From: Cyanidioschyzon merolae
Taxonomy: Eukaryota
Assembly: GCA_000091205.1 (NCBI GenBank)
Contig: AP006496.2
DNA length: 64,000 bases
Strand: one strand, 5' to 3'
Shown here: one piece after another, positions 42,651 through 54,448 of the stretch
Numbering within the stretch: the first letter of the stretch is position 1
Layout: every line of letters begins with the position of its first letter
The notes under the pieces: generated by a model
The model's database searches: none
What the model saw: only the letters and a program-made list of their open reading frames with translations
What the model was told of the DNA's origin: nothing
Position numbers and translations under genes: made by a program

Positions 42651-44915
42651 GGATCATTCTACCGAATAACAACAAAATCGTGCGCAGGTCGCCGACGGCG
42701 CCCGCGCCTCTACCAGCCACAGACGTATGCGCTTTGCGTAGGCTCTTTGCTGGAGGCCTGTCGCTCAACACTGCACGTGCTGCTTTTCCCTCTGTGTGTG
42801 ATGCGGAAACGACGCAGCAGTTTAGGTTTCGTTGAGAATGTCTGCCTTGTGTCGGGCGTCGGGAGCGTCACGCGCTGGAGCGCTCGCGCTTCATCCCAGC
42901 GTGCCACCTCGGAAGCGCTGGTGTTTCGTCAGCCACGTGTTAGGGTTACTCGGCAACCGTCGAGGCGCTTGCGGCACCCTTTGGATGGCACTGGTGCGGG
43001 ACTGCGGGGCGCACAGCACATGCACTGTGTTTCAAGGCTCACGGAGCGGTCCCTGGCTGTGATTCATCCAGGGAGCGCTCTGCAGACAGTGCGCCAAGTG
43101 CTCACGACGCTCCTGGTCGCGTGCAGCTCGGACGCTGCTGTTGTCACCGCTGCAATAGTTTGTCTCTCCGTGTACTTGTCGTTGCACGTTAACCAAGCAC
43201 GCCGGGCCGAAATCGCGCAGAACAGGCCAACCGACGGCCACGCTCAACGGCATGCACCTGGACTCTCAGATAAAGCGACCGCTAGACTAGTAGCAATAGA
43301 GATAGGACGTTCGAGCCGAACACTCTATGTTGACAAGGGCCCGCTGGATACAACAGCCTCAGAGCGATTGCTGCTGGCTATATCGGACGCAAGCTCCTTT
43401 CGCGCACGCGGAAGAAATGTATGGCGCGCTCTCGTGGGGTCGCTCTTGCCGGAGGGATTCGGCGACAAGACACGCTTCCCGCCCGTTGTTTCAGATGACT
43501 ACCTGCCGTATACCGTCCTTCACTTTATGCAGAACCTCGTCCACGCTGCAGCGTCAGTCATTGCGACGCAGTCGATGCTGATTGCCATCGGCGTCGCCAA
43601 GCAGGCCACCATCGGCGTCTCCGCTGCAGTGCAGTGGGTTCTCAAGGACGGGCTTGGGCGCATCGCTGCGATCATCTTCGGTTCGCTTCTGGGGAACCGC
43701 TACGACGCCGATCCGAAGCGTTGGCGAATGCGCGGCGATATGTTGTACACGCTGGGTGTGGGCACGGAGATCGCCACGCGCCTGGTACCGCAGTACTTTC
43801 TGCTGGTAGGCACCATGGCAAATGCCATCAAGTCCGTATCCTATATGATGCGATTGCCAACAGCTGCCGCCATTCGGAGGCATTTCTCCTTACGGGAAAA
43901 CTTTGGTGATCTATCTGCAAAGGCGAATTCGCAGGAGGTTCTCAGCATGTTGCTGGGTACTTTTGTAGGCATCGGCCTATCCTACATGATCGACAATAGT
44001 CTGAAGGCTCTCTTTGCATTCTACATCATTTATGTACAGATGTTCATTCTTTTTAACTACTGGTCACTTCGCGTTTTGCGGATGCGGACGCTGAACTTGC
44101 AGCGAACGCTCATTGTCATGAGGCGCTACTGGAACTCGGGTGGCGTTGAAACCTGCTCAGTGGCGATGGCGAACCAGGCGGAGAACTTTCTACTGCCATC
44201 GCGTTTGGGGCCCGCCCGCAGAGTGCGTTTCGGGTGTCGGCTGGGGGAAGCATTTCGAACGGTAGGCGAATTCGAAGAAGCGATTGCCAGGCAGCGATTA
44301 TGGCGAGGACAGTACCTCCAACAAACAGATGTCAGCAAGCGAAACGGCAATGCAGATGCTGACTTCACCAGTGTACCGGATGATGTACTCGATGAGCGCT
44401 ATTTGCTCGGCGTAGATGCAAAGCGTGGCCGAGTCTTCGTTGTCCTGCACCGGGACGCCAAAGTTGCAGATGAGCTGCAAGCGCTCATGCATGCGACCTA
44501 CTTGGTGCGTGCTGACTGGGGCCCGCCTCCCGACATGTCCATAGACAGGGTACGTGACGGCTACTTGCTGGCATGTGCAGAGACACCAGTCCTGGTTCAG
44601 CGCATGCGAGCAGTCGGTTGGAATGTGGACGAATTTGTGCACGCAGGCGGAGAGCGGGCAAGAGCCATCTGGGGAACGGAAATCGAACAGCTCGGCACAG
44701 CCGCTGCCGACGTCGAGCACCCGACGTCTGCGCTGACGCGCCTGCTTCATCCGGCAGTCACGAAGCAACCCTCATCGGTAGGTTCGTACGAGCTTCTCAC
44801 GACCGTTCAGGAATCAGCAGAGGCGACGGCAGCGGAGGAGTCGCTTGCCATGTCGCCATGGGGCCCTACGTTCCCCGAAGTGTCCTTCGGGTCCGAACTG
44901 GATATCGTATCTTGA
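42432..44915 (+). CDS. RUS family protein (DUF647; root-UVB-sensitive-like); the true start is probably well downstream of 42432
   Basis: The conserved block LPEGFGDKTRFPPVVSDDYLPYTVLHFMQNLVHAAASVIATQSMLIAIGVAKQATIGVSAAVQWVLKDGLGRIAAIIFGSLLGNRYDADPKRWRMRGDMLYTLGVGTEIATRLVPQYFLLVGTMANAIKSVSYMM matches DUF647 from memory. The first ~70 codons of the ORF lie inside R2 repeat copy B. Confidence 0.6.
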   Translation: MAKPFCLRAASASTAYARLRMQQDRYPAHDRAYITTGTSERNYGSGNLQVGCSMKDAFSVTNIHPTICDPWSKGSFYRITTKSCAGRRRRPRLYQPQTYALCVGSLLEACRSTLHVLLFPLCVMRKRRSSLGFVENVCLVSGVGSVTRWSARASSQRATSEALVFRQPRVRVTRQPSRRLRHPLDGTGAGLRGAQHMHCVSRLTERSLAVIHPGSALQTVRQVLTTLLVACSSDAAVVTAAIVCLSVYLSLHVNQARRAEIAQNRPTDGHAQRHAPGLSDKATARLVAIEIGRSSRTLYVDKGPLDTTASERLLLAISDASSFRARGRNVWRALVGSLLPEGFGDKTRFPPVVSDDYLPYTVLHFMQNLVHAAASVIATQSMLIAIGVAKQATIGVSAAVQWVLKDGLGRIAAIIFGSLLGNRYDADPKRWRMRGDMLYTLGVGTEIATRLVPQYFLLVGTMANAIKSVSYMMRLPTAAAIRRHFSLRENFGDLSAKANSQEVLSMLLGTFVGIGLSYMIDNSLKALFAFYIIYVQMFILFNYWSLRVLRMRTLNLQRTLIVMRRYWNSGGVETCSVAMANQAENFLLPSRLGPARRVRFGCRLGEAFRTVGEFEEAIARQRLWRGQYLQQTDVSKRNGNADADFTSVPDDVLDERYLLGVDAKRGRVFVVLHRDAKVADELQALMHATYLVRADWGPPPDMSIDRVRDGYLLACAETPVLVQRMRAVGWNVDEFVHAGGERARAIWGTEIEQLGTAAADVEHPTSALTRLLHPAVTKQPSSVGSYELLTTVQESAEATAAEESLAMSPWGPTFPEVSFGSELDIVS

Positions 44916-45556
44916 GGTCCGCTGAATAAAAGCCAGGATCTTGACGAGCGTGGCCGCAGGAACGCTTGGTGGTACGTTACGGCATCAGTCACGAATGCGG
45001 TTCACGAGGGCCGCGAAGAGCCTCCGCGGCAACCGAAAGACGCACGTGCTTTCGCAGCGGTTTACGGATACGAGCGCGTCGTACCAAGTGCACCTTTGCG
45101 GGGGATTTTGTGGGTAAGCACCGCTACCACCACCACCCCCACGATTTCCGTTGCGCAGCGAAACGAGGAGCAGTCCCTCCAGAAGCCGCGATCATTTGCA
45201 AGGCCAGAGGCTTTACGACACAGTAGAGCGGAATCATCGCAGATCCAAGGGAGAGTTGCACAATCGCAGGTAAGAGTTGGACCCAGTACGTCCAGAATCG
45301 ACCAAGCACCAACGCCTCTGCAGTGGCGGTGCGGTCCGTCGAGACGTTCCCGAGACAGCGTGCCCGTGCCAACCCAGCGAGGCGCCCTTTCTAGTTGTGA
45401 TATGTGTGACCGGCGATTCTCGAGGCGTCTAGGATGCACTGATCAACGAACGGTTTTCGATCGAAGCGATACGACTCCAGCGTAAACTGGCTCGCGCTCA
45501 CGTGCAACGGAATGGTAGGCATGAAGGTCGTTTCCCATCCCGCGCGCTTGCGTCCG

Positions 45557-46219
45557 TCACGTAGGGAAATAGCGCACCATCTGGAGACCTTTCCGCTCCA
45601 GACCGAGTTTCGCATAAAAGGCCTCGTTTTCTTCGACGCAGTCCAGGGTAACCTTGTAGCACTTGAACTGGTCCCGCGCTCGTGCACACAGCTCTCGAAC
45701 GAGGCGTGAGCCCAGGTTCCGCCGTCGATGCGCTGCGTCAACCACAACGTCCTCAATGTGACCGGCTTGCCCGCAGCTTCGCGTGAATTTGTACTCGATA
45801 AGCAGCGTTGCTGTCGCTGTTACGCGCTTTGTGGCGCTTTCGACGGCCACCAGCGTCACGTACGTGCCCGGCAGCTGCTGGCGAAGGCGGTAGCGTTCGC
45901 GCCAAAAGGACAACGGCAGCGTACCCGTCTGTGTAAGCTGGGCAAGCAACTCTGGAAACCCGTGCTCAAGATCTGTTTCGCATAGTTCACGTACTTCGTA
46001 TGAAGCAGTCTCGTCCATGCGCTGCTTCAACGTAGTGCGCTCGAGCAAGGTACGCAGCGCATGCCGCTTGGCATGCCGCAGCGCCAGCACCAACTGCAGT
46101 CGAGTGCGAGCGCATCCGCCTTGCAAGCGTAACGTCCTTAGGTCCGACTGTCCGCTCAGCGACTCGAGTGCTGCTATGCTGGTGCGCTTTATGGATTGTA
46201 CGCTTGTCATTGAGTACAC
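45557..46219 (-). CDS. GNA1: glucosamine-6-phosphate N-acetyltransferase (GNAT family)
   Basis: YEVRELCETDLEHGFPELLAQLTQTGTLP...YVTLVAVESATKRVTATATLLIEYKFTRSCGQAGHIEDVVVDAAHRRRNLGSRLV...FKCYKVTLDCVEENEAFYAKLGLERKGLQMVRYF is collinear with GNA1. The probable true start is the internal ATG near 46018 (MDETASYEV). Confidence 0.8.
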   Translation of the reverse strand: MYSMTSVQSIKRTSIAALESLSGQSDLRTLRLQGGCARTRLQLVLALRHAKRHALRTLLERTTLKQRMDETASYEVRELCETDLEHGFPELLAQLTQTGTLPLSFWRERYRLRQQLPGTYVTLVAVESATKRVTATATLLIEYKFTRSCGQAGHIEDVVVDAAHRRRNLGSRLVRELCARARDQFKCYKVTLDCVEENEAFYAKLGLERKGLQMVRYFPT

Positions 46220-46231
46220 TGAGCTGGGCTA

Positions 46232-47401
46232 ATGGCATCCGAGCAGCCTGCGGGCGTCGAAGACCCCGCGCAAGCGCACGACGCGGCAACCTTCAACCAG
46301 TCGGAGGAGCGACCAGTCAGCGCCCTAGCTTCGCAGCAGCGCTTACCATGGCAGCTACGCTGGCAACGAACCTTCAACGCACTGGGCGGCGTCGTGTCCA
46401 GGGCTCACGGCGGTATTACCGAGCAGTTTCGGGCTCTCTTTGCGCGCCGGATGGCCGCTGCCACTCCAGTGCTGCTATTTCTGGGTGACTCGCTGACACG
46501 TCGCGGCCTCGATATCAACGAATACGCTGGATACACCTCCGTTGGCTGGGGTCTGCGACTCGTTCACGCATACAACGGTGCGGCGGACTGCATCTTTCGT
46601 GGTCTGTCGGGTTATAACACGCGGTGGGCGCTGCCAGTGGTCCGGCATCACCTGTCGGATGTGGCACAGGAGCGTCTGCTGCTCGTTGGGATCTGGTTTG
46701 GAGCGAATGATGCCGCAGCACCCGGTACTGCACAGTGCATTCCACTGGATGAATACGCAAGCAATCTTTACGAGATGCTTCGGCTCATACTGGAGCGCTC
46801 GCACGACGCATCCCTGACCCTGACCAGCGAGAGGCATCCGCGGCGGCAGCAGCACGGTCGAACGCCACCGTCGCTCGCAGCGGCACCGGCACCTGATGCA
46901 TCGGAGGCGAATGAGATAGAGTCTGTTCGATACCCTCGTGTTCTGCTGATGACGCCACCGTGGGTAGACGAGGAAGCTCGGCGGCGCCATATCCAAAGCA
47001 GTCTCGCAGCGGAGCGCGCTGCGCCCGACGCCCACCAGCCATCGGACTCAGGTCAACGAACTGAGTCTGATCGTATGTGTGCACGAACTAGACAGTACGC
47101 GGCTGCTTGTCGCCGTGTTGCTGCGCAGATTCGACCCCGAGATCGAGTCTTGCTCCTAGATCTCTTTACGCAAATCGAGCAGCTGCCTCCAGCGGAACGT
47201 TCCGGCCTCTTCATCGATGGACTTCACCTGAGTGATCGAGGTCAGCGCTTCGTTTACGATGCCATTTTGGAGCTCATCGCCCGCGAGGCACCGGAGCTGT
47301 CACCGTCGAGCCTGGGTCAGTTTGCGATCCCGTGGTGCGATATAAATCCAGTTCGCCCACAGGAGCAACTGGCTGTGTATGACCAGCAGCGATGGTGGTA
47401 G
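46232..47401 (+). CDS. IAH1: SGNH/GDSL hydrolase, isoamyl-acetate-hydrolysing esterase IAH1-like
   Basis: Block I LLFLGDSLT, GWG..L, block II RGLSGYNTRWAL, block III WFGANDAA, and block V DGLHLSDRGQRFV together give the SGNH signature with catalytic Ser, Gly, Asn and Asp-x-x-His. Confidence 0.8.
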   Translation: MASEQPAGVEDPAQAHDAATFNQSEERPVSALASQQRLPWQLRWQRTFNALGGVVSRAHGGITEQFRALFARRMAAATPVLLFLGDSLTRRGLDINEYAGYTSVGWGLRLVHAYNGAADCIFRGLSGYNTRWALPVVRHHLSDVAQERLLLVGIWFGANDAAAPGTAQCIPLDEYASNLYEMLRLILERSHDASLTLTSERHPRRQQHGRTPPSLAAAPAPDASEANEIESVRYPRVLLMTPPWVDEEARRRHIQSSLAAERAAPDAHQPSDSGQRTESDRMCARTRQYAAACRRVAAQIRPRDRVLLLDLFTQIEQLPPAERSGLFIDGLHLSDRGQRFVYDAILELIAREAPELSPSSLGQFAIPWCDINPVRPQEQLAVYDQQRWW

Positions 47402-48285
47402 CGCTACCCTGCATGAGTGCCGCTGACGGGCTCCGAGCCCGAACGGAAGCCGAGGAAGGTGCACGCGCATCTACACTGCCGATTGATGCATGGTAGGACA
47501 AGAAGCACGCTGTTCTCAGTATGAATAGGAAACGAGTCTCGAATGTGGATACGTGCGACAAATAGGAAGCAGGCGCACCTGACAAAGCATTTGAAGTATC
47601 CGGGGTAAATCCAGACACCAAAATTTGACGCAGCATCCGAAGGTTTCATTCTGAGCGCGCACTACGGCGATGTGGTAGCACGCTGTGCCGTCTGCGTGCA
47701 GTGTACCGCACATCGTTCCCGTTGATATAGTCGATGACGCCTTTTCTTGGTCTCAGACTGGTGTCGAATGTATCCAGGAGACTGCGTGAGCGACGCTTGA
47801 GCGCACGTACGCGCACATGTATCCATGCATACATACGTCTAGGCACTGGCCAGTGATTACGACGCCTTGCGCAGTATGTCAGTTGCCGCGAGACCGGTGA
47901 GCGGGCGTTCACCAGCGAGCCATACCCGTGCACTCATGAACGTTTCGTGGCCAGGTGCGGCTCGCGCTGCCGTGTCCACCCTTGTGGCTCCAGCTGTTCC
48001 ACAGACGGGGAGCTTTCTGCGTTCGCGCGCTTCGGTATACGTGGTCGACACGCGCTCCCTCGTGAGTGGCAACTGCGGTCCACTTGGGCGATGCAGCGCC
48101 CTGGACCTGGCATTCTTACGGTCTCGGGAGCTTCATAGCATGAGTCGACGTTCGCAGCAGCCATCAAAGCATATGGAATGCTGCATGAATGACGTACGAG
48201 CGAATCCCGCCATGCATTGAAGCTGCGGGGCTGACGTTTTGCATCCTACACCTCCGAGGCCGCCAGCATACGTCCACGGTCCGCG

Positions 48286-48711
48286 CTAGAGTCGGAACGG
48301 CGCCATCGCGAGACCCTTTCCGCGCAACGCCTGTCGATAGACGACTTCGAAGAGGTCCACCAGCTGCTGCACGCTCGGCACCGGACGGGTCAGACGCGCC
48401 GTGTCTCCAGTACCACAGTCCACCTTGATGAGGCGCTTTCGATAATAGAACTGGAGCGACAGGGGTCGCCACGCCTCAACGCCGAAGCGCCGCGCAGCCT
48501 GCGGAACCTGCCGCAAGTCCACACCGTACACCACTGCGAACCTCCGCACGCGCGCTGCTGATCTTGCGAGGATTTCGTCCATGAAGACACAATCTACAGC
48601 TGCTGGATCGCTACTAAAGCGCAGGGCAACCAGACGCTCGGTTTCCTCAGCCAGTGCTTGTTGAATCGCCGCCATGGAGCCCAGTACCGGCACCAACGGT
48701 GCACTGTCCAT
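48286..48711 (-). CDS. Dim1/Dim2 (TXNL4A/TXNL4B) thioredoxin-like U5 snRNP family protein
   Basis: EETERLVALRFSSDPAAVDCVFMDEILARSAARVRRFAVVYGVDLRQVPQAARRFGVEAW..LSLQFYYRKRLIKVDCGTGDTARLT...QQLVDLFEVVYRQALRGKGLAMAPF is collinear with Dim1/DLP. Confidence 0.8.
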   Translation of the reverse strand: MDSAPLVPVLGSMAAIQQALAEETERLVALRFSSDPAAVDCVFMDEILARSAARVRRFAVVYGVDLRQVPQAARRFGVEAWRPLSLQFYYRKRLIKVDCGTGDTARLTRPVPSVQQLVDLFEVVYRQALRGKGLAMAPFRL

Positions 48712-48989
48712 ACCATCGGAGGTGTATGCAACCCCAACAAACAGCTATCGTTCACTGCAAGTCCATCGGCTGACGTTTGGCGTCACACGAGCGCTCGAGT
48801 CTGACGCTCGTGATACCACACGCGCATACGCAAGTCCGCACGCCCAGCCTTTCCTCTTCAATGGACAGCGTCCGCACAGGCGCACGTTTTCTGCCGCCTG
48901 CGCTGGCGCAGTTGCGCGCACGCAATCTGAAACGGTATGCACCTCTCCATTTACGCACCATCATGAATCTATAGTACTATGAATATACA

Positions 48990-49575
48990 TAAATATATCA
49001 TTAGGTATCTATATGCCACCACAGCAGCACGTTCGGATTTTTTCGCTGACAAAACGTTTACTTCGGCCAGCGTTCTCCGATTAAGCGCATTTGTTTCTTA
49101 CTTTTTTTGTGGTTTTTTTCAGTGGGCGGTAAGGTGTCCATCAAACCCCCGACCTCCAAGTTACATTGCCGATACCTCTTCTCGGATATTCCGGTCGTTT
49201 CATACGTCCCATCGGGTGTGCCTAGTGCCTGCCGTTCCGTATCCGCCTTTGGACCTTAAATGCTAGAGCAGATAGTTCATAGAGCTAGAACAGCTTTTCT
49301 ATACCCGAGAGGACGTCGGCTCGAGGCGTGCTTCACCCAACGTAGAATCGGGTCTCGTCGTCAGTTTGTGCTCGGACAGTCTGCGGATGCAGGCTTGCCT
49401 TCGCTGCACGACACGCTGGAGAAACTTGGCTGTTAGGATGAATGCTGGGAGCCGCCTCTCTCCTTCGTGATCATGCATGGAATGCGTTGTTGTCGGTTGG
49501 CAATGCGGGTTTGTGCTTGACACCCACCACAGTGGGTAGGCGCAGAAAGCGCACTGGCCCCGTATGCGTATCCGA
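48990..49575 (+). repeat. R3 interspersed repeat, copy 2 (no adjacent Fanzor gene)
   Basis: Aligns along its full length with 28573-29150. It lies ~280 bp upstream of the start of the minus-strand Dim1-like gene. Confidence 0.7.
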
Positions 49576-49905
49576 TTCGCTGGACCTTGCGCCCAGAAGG
49601 TACCCTTGATGCCGATGCGCGTCGCGCACATTAGCATAAGCGCATAACCTGGACAATCCGACACCATCCACCATGCAAGCTGCGGAAGGCAGTTTGGTGG
49701 CGCCATTCGTGCCAGAGGCGCTGCTGCGCTTTCGGTTGCGCGCGCTGGCCATCGAGGTAGCGCGAATGCTCGCCAAAGTGCGCGCACAGCTCGCGCAACG
49801 GAATCCTGTGTGGGGTGTAGCGAATTCTCCCCCCCAGGTACCGCTACGCTGCTGCACTGAGGTCGACTCCAAAAGGGTGCCTGTTGGAGGCGTGAACCGC
49901 CATCA

Positions 49906-50541
49906 ATGCTGGTATCACTTGCTTCTAGTCCTTCTTTGGGTCTGAATTATTTGCGTTACCCAGCCAAAGCAGTGCGGGTAACGCGCTGTGAACGGCTTCG
50001 CCTCGCAAACGCGCGCCGGGGTGCAGGTCCCGCCAAGCTTGACGCGTGTGCACCTCGACCGGCCGGGGGCGACACGCTTCGCTGGCGTGATACTGTTGCG
50101 CTTTATGCACAGCTTTCCGCTGAACAAACTGTGGAGCACTTGCTCGAAGGTCTCTCGCGTCGACAGGCACTCACCACCGCGCAGGAGTGTGATGAGGGTA
50201 TTGAAGCGTTGTATGCCTTTGCGAACTTTGACGTCTGGTCGATCAAGAATGAGTTCTTCGGAAAGCGAATTGATTTGGGTCAGTTTGAACGCTTTAAGCG
50301 CATCATGATGGCGAGGCCGTATTCCGCGCTGCTCCGTCACAAGTGTCGATGCGTGCTTAGCTCAATGCGAGTCACCCCATACCTCTACCACTGCCGTATC
50401 CAGGTTCTCTCGAGCGTGGACGACGTTGCCGTTTTCAGGTTTTGCCTCAGCCGCCGAGCGTTGCCAGGCGCTCCACGTGCACCACGCCGTCCGCGTTTGT
50501 ACTGGATGGTTGACCAAATTCTCCATGAGCAAGTTTCATGA
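49906..50541 (+). CDS. hypothetical protein (211 aa), speculative
   Basis: ORF in otherwise closed surroundings. No recognisable family. Confidence 0.15.
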   Translation: MLVSLASSPSLGLNYLRYPAKAVRVTRCERLRLANARRGAGPAKLDACAPRPAGGDTLRWRDTVALYAQLSAEQTVEHLLEGLSRRQALTTAQECDEGIEALYAFANFDVWSIKNEFFGKRIDLGQFERFKRIMMARPYSALLRHKCRCVLSSMRVTPYLYHCRIQVLSSVDDVAVFRFCLSRRALPGAPRAPRRPRLYWMVDQILHEQVS

Positions 50542-51285
50542 TGTCACTTCTTTGCACAGTCACATAAAGGCCGCCAATGGTGCCCCTTCATGTTTATGAT
50601 GTAGAAGGCTTGCTGTGCGCCATGCAGCGCAGGAGGCTGCTTCGTTCCGCTGCGCACTCTGGTGCGTGCTCGCTACCGAACGCTTGCATGCATCTCCATA
50701 GCGGGGCGCAGTCGCACGTCTCCACAGAGCCATTCCGGACATGATCGTCTTGAATGGTTTGTGTGTTGGAATACAACCCGTGGTGAAGCGTGATGCCGGC
50801 GAGGGTGACGCTTACCACGAAAACACCTCCTGCGACCAGTCGTCTTGCGGGCAGCTCCAGCCAGCGCTTTCCTGACAGTAACTGTCTTCCGAGCAAACTC
50901 GCGTACGTCATATAATTCTGCAGACACGTCCCCGTTTCACGGAAGGGAAAATCTCGAGGAGCAAAGCGGAGCCGCCCGCACGCCCACACACACACATCTA
51001 TGATAGGGACGAGAACGGATCACCCAGCACTTGTGTGACGAACAGTGCTCCGTGTCGCGTTCTGTTTCCGTGCACGAAAGGCTTGCTTTCAGCGCTACTT
51101 GTCGTAATTAAGGACCGGCCAGACCGTTGGAGCAGTGTCCGGTGCAGTAGACCGCGTACCTGAAAGCCACAAAAGGCGCACAGGGCAGAGCGCCGTACTG
51201 CGTCCAGCTCGCGAAACCGGTCGCTTCTTTCGGGCGATGGGCGCGGTCGCCTGCTGCTGGTCCGTGGTATCGCCGACACAAGGAG

Positions 51286-51400
51286 CGCCTTAAAAGTCGA
51301 ACGTCGCCGGCGGCCGTGTACAGTAGTGGCGAGAAACCCGCCCTAGATAAAACGTCTTCAGCTGACGTGCAGACGCCTCCCAGCTTTTTTGGACAGGCTA
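51286..51400 (-). ncRNA. candidate omega-RNA scaffold region of copy F4
   Basis: Sense tail after the stop, agacgttttatctagggcgggtttctcgccactactgtacacggccgccggcgacgttcgacttttaaggcg, is conserved with F2, F3 and F5 up to the last base and then diverges. Confidence 0.25.
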
Positions 51401-53790
51401 CCTACTACTGCCTCCAACTTTTTCTCATACAGCTCCACTTTGAATGATTGCGCAACAAAGTTCTCTCGTGTCAACTCTGGAGGTCTTCTTTCCACCACGG
51501 CACATCTCCTTATATTGATAGCGGCGTTAAAGTCACGATTCACAAACTCCATACGTTTCTTGCCATCTTTGTTTGTACACAGTAATGCGAGTAGTCCACG
51601 AGCTTTCGCCCTGCTTTCCATTTGCTCCTCCGTCAACGCTCCGTACTTTTTTACATCCTCAGGGCTTCACTGGTACTTTTCCATCTCCACTCTCTGAAGC
51701 GTACAACCCACTTCATGGTGTGTATACGACGTCCGGAACTCATCTACAGGTATCGTAACGAGATGCCTTTCACACACCTTGTGCGTTCTTGTAGCTGGAG
51801 CTAGCCTAGTCCCTTTTTCCCACGCCTACCGCCCTGCCCAATACGCTTCTACTAGCCTCTGACTGTCGCTCTCCTTCAAGGCGCTCAACTCATTGAAAAA
51901 ACTCGTGAACGCACGCTGCCTCCCACCGTGTAGATTCATACACAACCGAGCCCACCGGGGCTTTGTATACTCCTCCTACAGCGCCTCGCAATGAGCAACA
52001 CGAACTTCCATAAACTCCCGGAAAGCGTGAAAGTCCGCTCCCCGGCCCGTCACCTGGCTGATCGCTTCCAGGTGCTCTTTCAATCCTGCGTTCCACGCCC
52101 CACTTTTCTTCCTTTATTCATTACACTGAATTCTCGGTAATATCTCGTTCTTGAAAGCTTTAAAACACGCATGTGTTTTTGACGTAGGTTGCCGTCGATG
52201 CCATCATCCCCGCAATTGCGTGTTGTGATGGTCATGATATTCGTGTTCCCAGGGCCCGCGCCAACGACAAAGTGGTTCTCATGCACCTCCTGCTTCGTGG
52301 GGCTAGCCTCTTTGTTTTCTTCACGCTTTGCCAGCGACGGCAACGAAGACAGAACTGGACGATCCGCCTTCAAGCGCCGATAATGTACACGCATGGCTAT
52401 CGCATCACTTTCGATCATCCCAGTAAAGTCCTTTTTCTTGCTCGTTCTGAGACGTTTGGAATCGAAGATATTCTTCTTCCAGTACGTCTCCTGGTTTTCA
52501 CCGGTGAACTCCTTGTTGCTTACATCGAACACTGGACAGATCTCCGTAATGATGCCGTAAGGGATTTCGGAGTCGATACTCACAAAATGTGACTTGATGT
52601 TGCACAACGGAACGACGTTGAAGCGCTTCTCCAGAAGCGCAGCTTTCCGTTTCTCCGTCACTGCATTTGCTTCAACACCCTGCTCCATATCGGTCTTGCA
52701 TTTCAGTTGTCGGTTCAGGAATATGGTATAGCGCAAGATGAGGCGATCGTATCTTTCCGAATCTTTTTTCAACTCTGATATCTTTTCTGCTGGACTCGCC
52801 AGCCCCAAGACCACACGATGCTCTTTAATAGCTGCACGGATTACAGAATCCTCATTTGCTCTCCTGCGTGATGTCTTCTCGTGAACAAATTCGATCTACT
52901 GTTCATTCTTACTATCGTTTGTGATGCCATCGATGATGGTCCATATCCCTTTGCGAGAGGGGCCCGGGTAGCGCGTACAGACGGCGCGTATCATGAAACG
53001 TTCCAGGTTCATGGTCAAATAGTTCTTCAGGTTCGTGAGGTGCTTCATAACCCCGACGGTGTAAATACGCGAGTCACCCCTGTCTCGAGTACCGTTGAAG
53101 CGGAATTCGGCGTAATTTTCGTGGAGGGCATGCACCCGCTCATTTCTCCTCGACGTTTCCCCTGTACCAAGCATCAGGTGACGAATAAAGGTTTTGCCGA
53201 AAAATTCTTCCAGAACCTCGACTGTTTTGATGCCCGTTGCGTCGTCGCGCATCTCCTTCACCAAATGCATTATACCTGCAGAAGCCATCATAACACTCAT
53301 GGAGTCTGACTCGATACGGTTTCTGATGGCCTCTCGCAGCTTTCGCCGGGACGGATCCTTGATATGTGCGAGAAGACAGGTTTTCACCACCATCTGGTCG
53401 TACTGTCGTGTTTCGTTCAGCTTCTGACCTCGGGCCTCCCTCTTTTGCTCCATCGTCTTCTCATGTTCCTTTTAGCTCCGCCATGTTTTTCCTTAGTCTC
53501 CGGCAGTCGACGACACCAGATGTCCAGGATCCTCCAGTTTCTTTTCCACAACTTTTTCATTATTTTTGAAGAAGAAGAAGGCTCTTTCAACGCTTCTGAT
53601 ATGAATCGCTAAAATTGATTTGAATACACTAACTTGAGGTTTGAAACACAATTGCATTAAACAACTTTAATTTGTTACGACTTTAACGCAAATACAACTT
53701 GTACGGTAGAACAATAAGAAAACGGATTTTCACAATTTCGCGTTTCCTTTCAACGGCGACACGTGCGTCTTGTCTCGTACGACCTGATCT
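51286..53790 (-). mobile_element. Fanzor/TnpB-like element copy F4 (full length, frameshifted)
   Basis: Minus-strand ORF pieces 51358..51636 (RGLLAL..FVNRDFNAAINIRRCAVVE), 52080..52814 ([14 protein letters not shown] with a single acidic repeat unit) and 52896..53453 (N-terminal domain, starting MEQKREARGQK...). The conserved 3' tail is 51286-51357. The 5' UTR (gactttaacgcaaatacaacttgtac, cgcgtttcctttcaacggcgacacgtgcg...ctgatctccccggcgcgc) ends at ~53790, where repeat X begins. Confidence 0.75.
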
Positions 53791-53814
53791 CCCCGGCGCG
53801 CTAACCGACCGCAG

Positions 53815-54448
53815 CATACAGAGCAAAGAACAGAGACTAACCATTAACTAGCAACGATATACCAATTTATCTTCCCTGCACGATAAACGATAAAAAGGAA
53901 ACACGATTCCCGTTTTGTCGAAAGTTGAATTTCTCGACGGAAAAACCCGCGAGCCAGACGAGTACCCCAGGCACGTGCTTCGTGCTCGCCTCCCAGTGGC
54001 GGGTGCTGCACTGAAATCTGAGCAATTCGTCTGCAGCACTGTTTATTCTGGTACTAGCGGCAGTTAAACTGCATCTGGGCGTCGATCCGGTCGCGGTGGA
54101 GTCCTAGTATAGAGCTTCACGCTATCGCAGGCAGTGTGTCTGTCTGCGGAGCTTGCTGGCTCCCAGAATGATCCTATACTCCAACTCTGTGTCAGGTGGA
54201 GCATTCCTCGATCCGACGCCCTCAGTAGTACGGCAACGCTGCTCTGTATCTGTGATGCATCGGCATCAGCGGATTAGACGCTAAGGCGGGTGCATCAACG
54301 CATGCACCCGGCGAATGACAGGAAGCACGAGACGAGTAGTACATCTGAAAGGAAGTATACGTAATGGAATCTGGAGTTAGAATGCAGCATGATGGACGCT
54401 TTCGCTGAATCCGATACCCATTTATAGCACAATCTGGGATCCATTGTC
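53815..54448 (+). repeat. X + R2 composite repeat, copy C, lying between the head-to-head Fanzor copies F4 and F5
   Basis: 53815-54113 matches 42030-42312. 54114-54448 matches R2 copies A, B and D. Confidence 0.65.
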
